From Acidobacteriota bacterium (GTDB taxonomy: Bacteria > Acidobacteriota > Vicinamibacteria > Vicinamibacterales > JAKQTR01): 64,000 nt of DNA. Shown here in pieces: positions 1-8,971 of the stretch. Under the pieces are notes generated by a model. The model saw only the letters and a program-made list of their open reading frames with translations, was not told where the DNA came from and searched no databases. The translations under genes and the position numbers were made by a program. Location of the stretch: assembly GCA_040752275.1 (NCBI GenBank), contig JBFMFH010000111.1, positions 60,015-124,014 on the forward strand. Reading direction: 5' to 3'. Numbering within the stretch: position 1 is the stretch's first letter; the number at the start of each line of letters is the position of its first letter.

Positions 1-2
1 CA

Positions 3-719
3 TCAGGATCGACCCTCGCCTGACGTCCACGTTCGCATCAACACCCACTCGGCGAGCTCCAGATCCCACGCCGTGTCGATGTCGATCGATTCGCGTTCGC
101 TCATGATGAACGGCCGGCAGTCGTTCCCGAACAGGCTCCCCTGGCCGACAAGGCAGGAGGCGCGGACCACGAGGACGGCCGGGCCATTGCGGCTGTAGAG
201 TCTCGGCTTGTCCTGACGGCGAGTAACCGTGCGACCCTCCGCGTACGGCACCAGACGGCCGTCTTCGAGCTTCATGACCGAGACCGGGTTGAACTGGTGC
301 GGCACCTCCACCACGGAGACAACCGAGTCCGCGCCGCTCTCGGCCAGCAGGCCCACGGCGGCGTCAATGTGCGTCGACGTCCTCAAGGGTGAGGTGGGCT
401 GCAGCAGCACCACCACATCAGTGTCGAATCCCCCGGCGTCCCGCAGCGTCTCGACCGCGTTCCTGAGCACGTCGACCATAGGCGTGTCATCCGCCGCGAG
501 ACTAGGGGGCCTCAGGAATGGCACCTCCAGGCCGAGGGCTCTCGCCGCTGCCGCGATGTCCTCGTCCTCCGTGCTGACGATCGTGCGCGTGAGCCGGCTG
601 CTGCCGCGCACCGCTTCTGCGGTCCAGGCGAGCAACGAACGGCCGGCCAGGGGCGCGAGGTTCTTTCGTGGAATCCCTTTCGATCCGCCGCGCGCCGGGA
701 TGACGCCGAGGACTGTCAC
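3..719 (-). CDS. neuA: Acylneuraminate (CMP-nonulosonate) cytidylyltransferase
   Basis: GVIPARGGSKGIPRKN, FLRP, LLQPTSPLR and SIDIDT motifs. GTG start at 719 lies 2 nt after the neuC stop. Its TGA overlaps an ATG at 1-3 (next gene is off-window). Confidence 0.93.
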   Translation of the reverse strand: MTVLGVIPARGGSKGIPRKNLAPLAGRSLLAWTAEAVRGSSRLTRTIVSTEDEDIAAAARALGLEVPFLRPPSLAADDTPMVDVLRNAVETLRDAGGFDTDVVVLLQPTSPLRTSTHIDAAVGLLAESGADSVVSVVEVPHQFNPVSVMKLEDGRLVPYAEGRTVTRRQDKPRLYSRNGPAVLVVRASCLVGQGSLFGNDCRPFIMSERESIDIDTAWDLELAEWVLMRTWTSGEGRS

Positions 720-721
720 GG

Positions 722-1876
722 TCAGTAGCGGATCCGTTTCTGGATCTGCAGGGGCGCGCCGGCGAGGATGTCGGCGATCCGGCTCCCCGCTCGGCCGTCT
801 CCGTAGATGTGCTCCGAGGGGTACCGACCGTGGGCGACCTGCCGCCTGATCGCATCCACGATCGCCTGTCGGTCGTGCGGTACGTCGATCACGTTGCGGC
901 CACGCTCCCGTCCATCCTGCCTGGAGCCGATGTTCACCGTCGGCGTTCCCAGGTACGCGCCCTCCCGGATCGGTGCCGAGGAGTTGCCGACCAGACAGGC
1001 GGTGCACGTCATCAGCCGCACGTACGTCTCGACCGCGAAGTTCTTGTAGAACCGGACGTACGCCGGCTGTCGCTGCTCCCGGAACTTGCGCATCCCCCGG
1101 GCCACGTCGTCCGAGCCCGCGTCCACGTTGGGCCAGAGCATGATCGTGGGCATTCTGAGGATGTCGAGTGCTTCGAGCGTCTCGTGAATCTGCTGCTCGC
1201 CCTGCCCGTACTCGGTCGTGACCGGGTGCTGGCTCACGACGAGGAACGGCTTTCCGATGTCGACGTGTCCTCCGACTCCCTCGCGGTCGAGCCAGTCGGC
1301 GTCGAGCCCATCCGGCGCCTCGCGGGCGATGTCGGCCACCAGGTCGATTCGCGGGCAGCCGACGACGTGCACTGTCGAGGGATCCTCACCCATCCGGACG
1401 ATGCGGTCACCCGCGGCGCGGTTGGCGGCGAAGTGCAGGTGCGAGAGCTTCGTGACGGCGTGCCGGATGCTCTCATCGATCGTGCCCGTCACCTCGCCAC
1501 CCATGGTGTGGGCCACGGGGATGTTCATGTAGGCCGCCGCCACCGCGGTGGCCATCGTCTCGAACCGGTCGCCGACGCTCACCACGACGTCGGGCTGCAA
1601 CAGCCCGAAGAGCGTCGGCAACTCGAGCAACGCCAGCCCGGTCGACTTCGCCATCGTGCCGGGTGTCTCGCCTTCGATGATGATGTTGACCCGCGCATCC
1701 GGCTTGAAGCCGTCGCGTTCGATGATGTCCACGACCGACCCGAAGCGGTCGAGCACGGCCGAGGCGCCGACGATGAGCTGCAGTTCGAGCGCGGCGTGGG
1801 CCCTCACCGCCGTCATGACCGACTTGATGCTGCTGTAGTTGGCTCGGGAGCCGACGACGACGCACACCTTACGCAT
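722..1876 (-). CDS. neuC: Hydrolysing UDP-N-acetylglucosamine 2-epimerase (NeuC/LegG type)
   Basis: GSRANYS, GDRFETMA, GGEVTGTIDESIRHAVTKLSHLHF, VGNSS, NIGSRQDGRE and YGDG motifs; adjacent to neuA; start taken at MRKVCVVVG. Confidence 0.92.
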   Translation of the reverse strand: MRKVCVVVGSRANYSSIKSVMTAVRAHAALELQLIVGASAVLDRFGSVVDIIERDGFKPDARVNIIIEGETPGTMAKSTGLALLELPTLFGLLQPDVVVSVGDRFETMATAVAAAYMNIPVAHTMGGEVTGTIDESIRHAVTKLSHLHFAANRAAGDRIVRMGEDPSTVHVVGCPRIDLVADIAREAPDGLDADWLDREGVGGHVDIGKPFLVVSQHPVTTEYGQGEQQIHETLEALDILRMPTIMLWPNVDAGSDDVARGMRKFREQRQPAYVRFYKNFAVETYVRLMTCTACLVGNSSAPIREGAYLGTPTVNIGSRQDGRERGRNVIDVPHDRQAIVDAIRRQVAHGRYPSEHIYGDGRAGSRIADILAGAPLQIQKRIRY

Positions 1877-4505
1877 AGGCCTGGTCCCGCACGGGAATGG
1901 GGCCCGGCGCTCCTGGACCGCCGAGCGTGGATTCTGCAAACGCCGCGTCATCCAGGCTCATGACCACATAAGGAGCGGCTGACCGCTCCCTGAACGTGCG
2001 CAGCGCCACGGCCAGATGATCTTGGCGGAAACCCTGGGGATCCGAATAGAGCCCCACCGTCGGTGTTCCGCAGAGCGGGCCCAGATACGAGAACCCGCCG
2101 TAGGTGCAGACGAACGCCTGGGCGGCCGTGACGATCTGGGTCTGGACGTCGAGATTGTTCGACGGGGTGAGCAGGTGTTCGACCTGCACAACCCGCTCTG
2201 AATGCTCGATCGGCAGGTCGACGTGGTCATCGTACTGGCGGCCGCCATGGAGCAGCACGACGTGCCCCCTCCCGGTCAGCCTCGACAGAAGACGGCCCGT
2301 GAACTCCCGCGAGACCGAACCGGCCGGCAACCCGTCGTTGCTGTACAGCTTCACCGCCACGTACGGCCGAGGAAGCGTGGCTGCGGCCTCACGGCTCGGC
2401 ACGCTCAACGTCCGTGGCGCCGTGTACCGGCGCACCACGTTCCAGCCCGCCGCGTGGATCCAGAACGGACGGAACGTTCCGTACATGAGGCTGGGGTGCA
2501 GCCAGTCGACTGGTCCCAGTCCAAGCCGCCGCCGGGCGGCGCCGAGCATCTCTTCGTCGAAAACCGAGACGCTGAAGTGCTTCTGGCCATCGGCCTCGGT
2601 CACACGCTGCTGGTTGCGGCTGCGGAACTCTTCCACGCTGCACAGGTCGAACACCTCGACATAGCGTCCGCCGATGTCGCCGTACCAACTCGCGGCCCCG
2701 CCCCGCGACAACACGACCACGCGTTCGCGGCGAACCTGCGCGTACGACTTGGCCCAGCGCAGGAACGGAATCCAGTACAAGAGCTCGAACCCGACCTCGC
2801 TCATCCACGGCCCGACGACCACCGGGCGCCGGCTGCGCCTGACGTCCTCGAGGGTCTCAAGCAGGTGCCGGATCTCGTCCGAGCGGTCGAAGTCCTCCAA
2901 TCGCAGCGCCCGGCGCCGCGTGGTCGAGGGTTTCAACACCCGGCTGAGACGCGTGATCTCGTCGCGACCGCGACGGCGGCGTCGCTCGATCGCACGGGTG
3001 GAACGCTGGTACCGCTTGCGCACGGCGCGCGCGGCGGACTGGGCGAGATGGGGCGCCCGGCTCCGTACTGATGCCGCATGTCCGTAGGCCCGCAGCACAC
3101 GCGCGGTGCCCCGTTGATACCAGGTCTGCTCCACCGGAGCCGGAGACGGCGCGTGCGTGAGGCCCTCGACGGCATCGGCAAAGCGCGGCGTGGCAGGCTC
3201 GCGGAGACCGAACGGCCGGATGAATGCCTCCAGGAATCCGTTGTGGTCGACCCGGCCTCCAGACGCCACCGCAGCCGACAACTGTCTGAGGTGTTCGTCA
3301 ATCGAATCCGCCGTTTGCAGCAGGCCACCGCCAACCTCGGTCAGGTATCGAAAGTGAATCGTGCCCTGCTGGCTCTTCCAGAACTCCTTCTGGAGAATGG
3401 CGAGCAGCGGCTTTCCGGCGATGCCGGCTTCGAGAAACGCGCTGGTGTTGAGGCCCACGACCGCGCTCGCGTAGAACAGGGCGTCGAAGTAGTCCGCGCG
3501 GGCGAGATCATCGATCGGATTGGAGCCATGGACGGCAACGTCCAGGCCCGCCGCCTCCTGTCCTCGCCACTCGTCCAATCGGCCGGGGTGGGGTCTCAGG
3601 AGTATCCCGAGTCCCGCGAGCGTCTCGTCGGCGCTCTCGCGCACGGCGCGGATCCAGCGCCGGGTGAACTCCACCTCTGGCGGATCGCCGCGAAACAGCG
3701 ACGAACAGACGTACAGCACGAACGGGCGATCCGGCCGCAACCCCATGTCCCGGCAGAAGGCGTCCCGCGGCCGGCTCGGTGTCCTGTCGAACCACTGGTC
3801 GTAGCACTGCGCGCCGGTGACCGCAATCCGCTCCGGCGGCACGCCGTGCATCTCGATGGCCTCACGACGCTGCGTCTCGTTCCAGACGGTCATCACGTCA
3901 GGCTGGATCCGGATGAGTGCCTTGCTCGACAGATGGTCCCAGCTTCCCACGGCGAGCATCGTCCGACAGCCCGCCGCCCTGGCGCCTTTCAGCAGGTCGA
4001 GTTGCGGCGAACCGAGGTCGATCAAGGGGGTGAGGATCACGGCGTCCGGACGCTCGTCGTGCATCAATCGGACATACGGCGGGTGAGCGGGAACGCCGTC
4101 TTCGAGAACGGCGAAGAGCCACCGCAGCAGCGCGCGGCCAGGACGGAACCTGAAGCCCGCCCGCTCCACGAGCCAGACCGTGCCCGGCGGCGTTCGTTCC
4201 TTCGCCCGGCGGCGCAGCATCGGCGCAACGTCATAGGTGTGTTCCAGGTAGCGCAGGTAGTCCTGGGAGAGCCGGATTCTCGACGCCAGTTCCACCCAGA
4301 GATCGGTCCTGTCGCGGCGCGGAGTCCATCCGATCGTCACACCGGGGAACCTGGCAGCCAGGCGCTCGACCATCGCCAGGCCTCCGGATGCGTCCTCGCG
4401 ATCCGCCAGGAGCCGTAGTATGTGGCCCCGGCGCGCCAGCTCGACCAGGGCCGACTCGAAGTTGCGCAGGTAGCCGAAATGCCTCGCACAGACGAGGATC
4501 TTCAT
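1869..4505 (-). CDS. Two-domain putative glycosyltransferase (domain A + domain B fusion)
   Basis: N-half has YLRNFE..RGH, SWDHLSSK, VWNETQ, RPHP and NTSAFLEA. C-half has GPWMSEVGFELLYWIPF and TYGGFSYL. An Arg-rich linker joins them. Function inferred from GT-B-like motifs and context. Confidence 0.75.
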   Translation of the reverse strand: MKILVCARHFGYLRNFESALVELARRGHILRLLADREDASGGLAMVERLAARFPGVTIGWTPRRDRTDLWVELASRIRLSQDYLRYLEHTYDVAPMLRRRAKERTPPGTVWLVERAGFRFRPGRALLRWLFAVLEDGVPAHPPYVRLMHDERPDAVILTPLIDLGSPQLDLLKGARAAGCRTMLAVGSWDHLSSKALIRIQPDVMTVWNETQRREAIEMHGVPPERIAVTGAQCYDQWFDRTPSRPRDAFCRDMGLRPDRPFVLYVCSSLFRGDPPEVEFTRRWIRAVRESADETLAGLGILLRPHPGRLDEWRGQEAAGLDVAVHGSNPIDDLARADYFDALFYASAVVGLNTSAFLEAGIAGKPLLAILQKEFWKSQQGTIHFRYLTEVGGGLLQTADSIDEHLRQLSAAVASGGRVDHNGFLEAFIRPFGLREPATPRFADAVEGLTHAPSPAPVEQTWYQRGTARVLRAYGHAASVRSRAPHLAQSAARAVRKRYQRSTRAIERRRRRGRDEITRLSRVLKPSTTRRRALRLEDFDRSDEIRHLLETLEDVRRSRRPVVVGPWMSEVGFELLYWIPFLRWAKSYAQVRRERVVVLSRGGAASWYGDIGGRYVEVFDLCSVEEFRSRNQQRVTEADGQKHFSVSVFDEEMLGAARRRLGLGPVDWLHPSLMYGTFRPFWIHAAGWNVVRRYTAPRTLSVPSREAAATLPRPYVAVKLYSNDGLPAGSVSREFTGRLLSRLTGRGHVVLLHGGRQYDDHVDLPIEHSERVVQVEHLLTPSNNLDVQTQIVTAAQAFVCTYGGFSYLGPLCGTPTVGLYSDPQGFRQDHLAVALRTFRERSAAPYVVMSLDDAAFAESTLGGPGAPGPIPVRDQAYA

Positions 4506-4520
4506 ACCGGCCACACCGTG

Positions 4521-7145
4521 TCAGGGTAGGTTCGCGAGCGCATCCGCCATGCCGAGACCGAGACGCAGCACCGCGACGTCCCGCACGTCGAGCGGCAGGA
4601 ACGAGGCGGCGTTCAGGTCCGTGAAGACGCGCTTGGCGATCTCGAGGTGATCGATGCGGAAGCCCGAGCCGTCCGAGAAGAACGCCAGCGTGTTCACGCC
4701 GAGGAGCGGGGCCAGGTACGAGAATCCCCCGTAGGTGCCGACGAACGCCCTGGCGTGGGCGATGATCCTCGTCTGCACGTCCAGGTTGTTGCGGGCGGTC
4801 ATCAGGTGGTCCACGCCGTGCATGCGCCGCAGCAGCCCGGGCTGGAAGTCGTCGTGGTCGTCGAAGCGCACGCCGGTGTTCAGCAGGACGATCTCGTGGC
4901 GTTCGGCGAGCTGTGCCAGGCAGGAGGCGACGAACGCACGGTTCCCGGCGGTGTCGGGGAAGCTGTTGTTCGTGTAGAACTTCACGGCCACGTAGTCGCT
5001 GGGCAGAGCGCCCGCGAGGTCGCCCAGCTCCGGCCGCTCGATTCGGCGGTGGACGGTGAATCCCTGAACCAGACCGACGGATGCCTGCAGCCGCCAGAAG
5101 ATCCTGAACAGCCTGTACATCAACGACGGGTGCAGCCACTCGGCCTCGCCCGTTTGCGCCGCGTGCTGGGTGCGCTCGAGGATCTCCCGGTCGAAGTCGG
5201 CAATCTCCACGTGCTTCTGGAGACCGCCCTGCTGGAGGATCCGCTGTTCGTTGCGCGCCTTGAACTCGTCGGGGCTGTAGAAGTCGAAGGCGTCGTGGTA
5301 GCGGGACGTCATGTGCCGGTACCACGGCGAGCACCCACCCCGGGACACCACGATGAGACGGTCGTTCCGGAAGTTGCCGTAGCTCTTCGCCCAGTTGAGG
5401 AAGGGAATCCAATACAGGAGCTCGAACCCCGTTTCGCTCAGCCACGGGCCGATCAGAATGGGCCTCCCGCCGCGGGCCATGCGCGTCAGCGCTTCCTTCG
5501 TGTCTTCCACTTCTTCGACGGAATCGAAGAGGTTCTGTGCGCGGTTCCTGATGCGCTCCGATTTCGGCAGGACGACCTCGGGTTGTTCCGTCCGGACACG
5601 CTTGAGGATGAGCGCTTTCAGGAACTGGCGCAGGCCCCGCTTGCTGCCCTGGATCGCGCGCTTGATGGACCGCCGGCTCTTCTTGCGGAAGAGCTGCCAC
5701 TGGGATCGCAGGAACCGGAACCAGATGAGGGGGTAGAGCAGCGGCCGGACCAGGAAGGACCACAGCGGCGCTCCCAGCGGCGGAGTGCTGCCAAGCCGCC
5801 CCAGTTCCTCTACGGCATCCACGAGAATCGCCGTGGCCGGCACGTCGATGCCGCGGGGCCGCACGAAGGCGCGGACGAAGTCGGTCGCGTCTGGCTTCGC
5901 TCCCGCCAGCACTGCCGTCAGTTGGGCGAAGTGGTCGTCGAAGCCGTGGGCCACCTGGAGGACGCCGCCTCCGACTCGCGCCAGGTAGGGCCAGTGGAGT
6001 GTGCCCTCCTGGTTGCGCGAGTAGCTCCGATGGACCAATGAAAGCACCGGCCTGCCCACGACACCGCCCTCGATGAGCGCGGTGGTGTTCAGGCCCACGA
6101 TGACATCGCTGTGGTAGAGCGCGTCGAAATACGCCGCCTTCGACGCGTCGTCGATGGGGTAGCCACCGCGGATGGCCACCCGGCCGTAGTCGGACAGGTC
6201 GACGGCGCGCCACTCGTCCTGGCGCTGCGGATGGGGTCTCACGAGGAGATTGACGTCGCGGATCGCGGGATCGGTGCTCTTCCGGACACGCGTCATCCAT
6301 TCCTCGACCAGATCGGATTCCGGGGGGCTGCCCCGGAAGAGCGACGAGCAGACCCAGAGCACGATGGGCTTCTCAGGGGCGAACCGCAACGACGCGCAGA
6401 AGTCCGCTCGCGCAGTCGAAGGCTGGCGGCCGAACCACTGATCGAAGCACTGGGCACCGGTCACGGTCACACGCTCGGCAGAGACCCCATGCAGATCGAC
6501 CGCTTCTGCCTTCTGCGTGTCGTTCCACACGAAGATCCTGTCCGGCCACACCCGAATGAGCGACTTGCTCGACAGGTGGTCCCAGCTCCCGACGCACAGG
6601 GCCGTCCGGACCCCCGCGGCCTGGGCCGCGCGCAGGTGGTCGAGCTGCGGAGAGCCCAGCTCGACCAGGGGCGTGAGCAGGACGAGATCCGGCCGTCGAT
6701 CGTCGAGGTAGTCGCGCAGGGCGGGACTGAGCGGCACGGCGCGATCGAGCAGGTCGAGGGTGCCCTGCAGGATCATCCGGACAAGTCCCAGCCGGTAGCC
6801 CGTCAGCTTGAGTGCGGCAAGCACCGTCGTGGGAATCCGTTCCTCGGCCCGCAGCCGCAGCTGCGGCGCCACGTCGTACCGGGGATCCTGGTACCTGAGA
6901 AAGTCCTGGGCCAGGCGGATTCTCGTCGCGAGCCAGAACCAGGTGTCACCCTCCCGATCGGGGGACCAGCCCATGGTTATGGCGGGATGCTGGCGCGTCC
7001 AGGCTTCCACCATCTCGCGGCCGCCTAGGGTCTCTTCACGGTCCGCGGCGAGGTGGACGTCGTGGCCGCGGCGGGCCAGCTCGAGGATCGCCTCTTCGTA
7101 GTTGCGAAGGTACCCGTAGTGGCGAGCGAGAAACAGTATCTTCAT
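4521..7145 (-). CDS. Two-domain putative glycosyltransferase (domain A + domain B fusion), paralogue of 1869-4505
   Basis: MKILFLARHYGYLRNYE, SWDHLSSK, RPHP, NTTALIEG; GPWLSETGFELLYWIPF, FVGTYGGFSYLAPL. An alternative coupled ATG start exists at 7196. Confidence 0.75.
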   Translation of the reverse strand: MKILFLARHYGYLRNYEEAILELARRGHDVHLAADREETLGGREMVEAWTRQHPAITMGWSPDREGDTWFWLATRIRLAQDFLRYQDPRYDVAPQLRLRAEERIPTTVLAALKLTGYRLGLVRMILQGTLDLLDRAVPLSPALRDYLDDRRPDLVLLTPLVELGSPQLDHLRAAQAAGVRTALCVGSWDHLSSKSLIRVWPDRIFVWNDTQKAEAVDLHGVSAERVTVTGAQCFDQWFGRQPSTARADFCASLRFAPEKPIVLWVCSSLFRGSPPESDLVEEWMTRVRKSTDPAIRDVNLLVRPHPQRQDEWRAVDLSDYGRVAIRGGYPIDDASKAAYFDALYHSDVIVGLNTTALIEGGVVGRPVLSLVHRSYSRNQEGTLHWPYLARVGGGVLQVAHGFDDHFAQLTAVLAGAKPDATDFVRAFVRPRGIDVPATAILVDAVEELGRLGSTPPLGAPLWSFLVRPLLYPLIWFRFLRSQWQLFRKKSRRSIKRAIQGSKRGLRQFLKALILKRVRTEQPEVVLPKSERIRNRAQNLFDSVEEVEDTKEALTRMARGGRPILIGPWLSETGFELLYWIPFLNWAKSYGNFRNDRLIVVSRGGCSPWYRHMTSRYHDAFDFYSPDEFKARNEQRILQQGGLQKHVEIADFDREILERTQHAAQTGEAEWLHPSLMYRLFRIFWRLQASVGLVQGFTVHRRIERPELGDLAGALPSDYVAVKFYTNNSFPDTAGNRAFVASCLAQLAERHEIVLLNTGVRFDDHDDFQPGLLRRMHGVDHLMTARNNLDVQTRIIAHARAFVGTYGGFSYLAPLLGVNTLAFFSDGSGFRIDHLEIAKRVFTDLNAASFLPLDVRDVAVLRLGLGMADALANLP

Positions 7146-7195
7146 CGACCGTGCCTGCTCACTCTGGCGGGGCTGCCCTGGCGGCGCGCCGTCCA

Positions 7196-8971
7196 TCACG
7201 ACCGCCCGCGAAGGATCGCCTGGAGGCGGTCACTCAAACGGCCGTACAGGTACGCGATCCGCTGGTGGCGCCGTTCCCGTTGTCGCGCGCGTTTGTGGGC
7301 GATCCGCGCCTGCTTTCGTTCCTGCTTGGCCGCCACCTGCTGCTGCCGCGTGCGCTGAAGATCGACGAGCCGAGCCGCGCGCGCGCGGTCGCGTGCCGCC
7401 GTCCGCTCCGCGTGGTCGCGAAGCCGTTCTGCCTTCTTCTGGCGGTCAGCCAGTCGTCCGTGGCGCAGGCGGGCGCGTACCGCACGTTCCTCCGCCGCCT
7501 GGCGCCGGTCGAGCAAGGCCGATCGCAACAGTCCTGACGTGCCGGAGCGCACGACCCAGCCCGCCACCGCCGTGTGCCACCTGGCCGCTCGAGATTCCAC
7601 GATCCTGCCGTTTTGAAGCGCCAGAGACTCGACCGCGTCGACGAAGCCCGGCGTGGCCGGGCAGTCGAGGCCTGATGGCCGCACGAACGCCCGCAAGAAG
7701 CGCTCCCGCCGTTCCCGGCCCGTGTCGCCGCGCGCGAGCAGCTCCTCGAGCTGCCGAACGTGGGTGGCCCAGTCGGGCGCCGCCACCAGCAGGCCGTCTT
7801 CCACCTCCAGCAGGTAGCGAAAGTGCCGCATCCCCATCTGGTGCGTTCGAAGCTCCGGTGGCGTCACGGTGAACACGGGCTTGCCGGCGATCGCCGCTTC
7901 GAGAAAGGCACTGGTCACGATGCCGACGACGGCCGCGGCATGTGTCAGCGCGTTGAAGTAGTCGTCCTTGGCCGACTGGTCGACGGGAATGCGACCGGTG
8001 ACGCGGACAATCCCGTCACCGCTCCAGTCGATCGCCTCCCACTCGGCGCGCCGTTCTGGGTGAGGCCGGACCAGCACCGACGCGGCCCGCAGCGCCTGGC
8101 AGTGTGAGCGACGCAGCGCGCCGATCCAGTCCTTCACGACGCGCAGTTCGCCAGGATCAGGCGTCATTGCCGAGCAGACGTACAGCAGGATCGCTTCGCC
8201 GGGAGGGATCGCCAGGTCGGCGCAGAACTGCTCTCTGGCGCGGGTGGGCTGGCGATTGAACCACTGGTCGTAGACCTGGGCGCCGGTCACGACGATCCTG
8301 TCCGGGGGCAGCCCGTGCAGCTCGACCGCTTCGCGCCGCTGAGTCTCGTTCCACACGAAGACGCGATCCGGCGTTTCGCGGATCAGCGTCTTGCTGGACA
8401 GGTGATCCCAGCTGTACACGCAGACGCCCGTCGGAATGCCAAGGCGGCGCGCGCACCGCAGGTGATCCAATTGGGGTGCGCGGGGGTTCGTCACCGAGGC
8501 GAGCAGCAGCGCGTCCGGCCGCTCGCGCGAAAGCCAGGCCTCCATCGCACGACTCACCGGCATCGCGTCGACGACCAAGCCAAGCGCGCGGGCCAAGAGC
8601 GCGCGAGACGGGCGGCTCCTCGCTCCGGGCAGGGCGAGCAGTCGCGCAAGACCGCGCGGCGCGCGTTCCTCGGCGCGTTCGCGGAGCTTCGGGTAGTCGG
8701 CATACAGGGGATCGAGGAACCGGAGGTAGTCGAGGCCCTGGCGGAGCTTTCGGGCCACCGGAAACCAGTCTTCGCCGCCATACGAGGGCGCGTATTCGAA
8801 GCGCACCTGGAGGTGCCGAGCCTGAAGGTCGCGGGCCAGACGCTCTCCGCCCAGGTCTTCCGGTTCGTCGACGAGCAGCGCGATGTCGTGGCCTCGGTCG
8901 GCGAGCGCCGCCACGGCGGATTCGAAGTTCCGAAAGTACGCGGCGTGCAAGGCGCTCACGACGATCTTCAC
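7196..8971 (-). CDS. Putative GT-B glycosyltransferase (domain A) with Arg/Gln-rich helical C-tail
   Basis: YFRNFES, SWDHLSSK, VWNETQRREA, RPHP, VTSAFLEA; GTGA overlap with the upstream gene. Confidence 0.75.
   Translation of the reverse strand: MKIVVSALHAAYFRNFESAVAALADRGHDIALLVDEPEDLGGERLARDLQARHLQVRFEYAPSYGGEDWFPVARKLRQGLDYLRFLDPLYADYPKLRERAEERAPRGLARLLALPGARSRPSRALLARALGLVVDAMPVSRAMEAWLSRERPDALLLASVTNPRAPQLDHLRCARRLGIPTGVCVYSWDHLSSKTLIRETPDRVFVWNETQRREAVELHGLPPDRIVVTGAQVYDQWFNRQPTRAREQFCADLAIPPGEAILLYVCSAMTPDPGELRVVKDWIGALRRSHCQALRAASVLVRPHPERRAEWEAIDWSGDGIVRVTGRIPVDQSAKDDYFNALTHAAAVVGIVTSAFLEAAIAGKPVFTVTPPELRTHQMGMRHFRYLLEVEDGLLVAAPDWATHVRQLEELLARGDTGRERRERFLRAFVRPSGLDCPATPGFVDAVESLALQNGRIVESRAARWHTAVAGWVVRSGTSGLLRSALLDRRQAAEERAVRARLRHGRLADRQKKAERLRDHAERTAARDRARAARLVDLQRTRQQQVAAKQERKQARIAHKRARQRERRHQRIAYLYGRLSDRLQAILRGRS

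Noticed and set aside
4231-6300. 689-aa alternative-frame minus-strand ORF (also 42359-43999 and 54929-56197)
   Set aside because: Arg/Pro/Gly-rich off-frame translation inside real genes; no evidence of dual coding or frameshifting.
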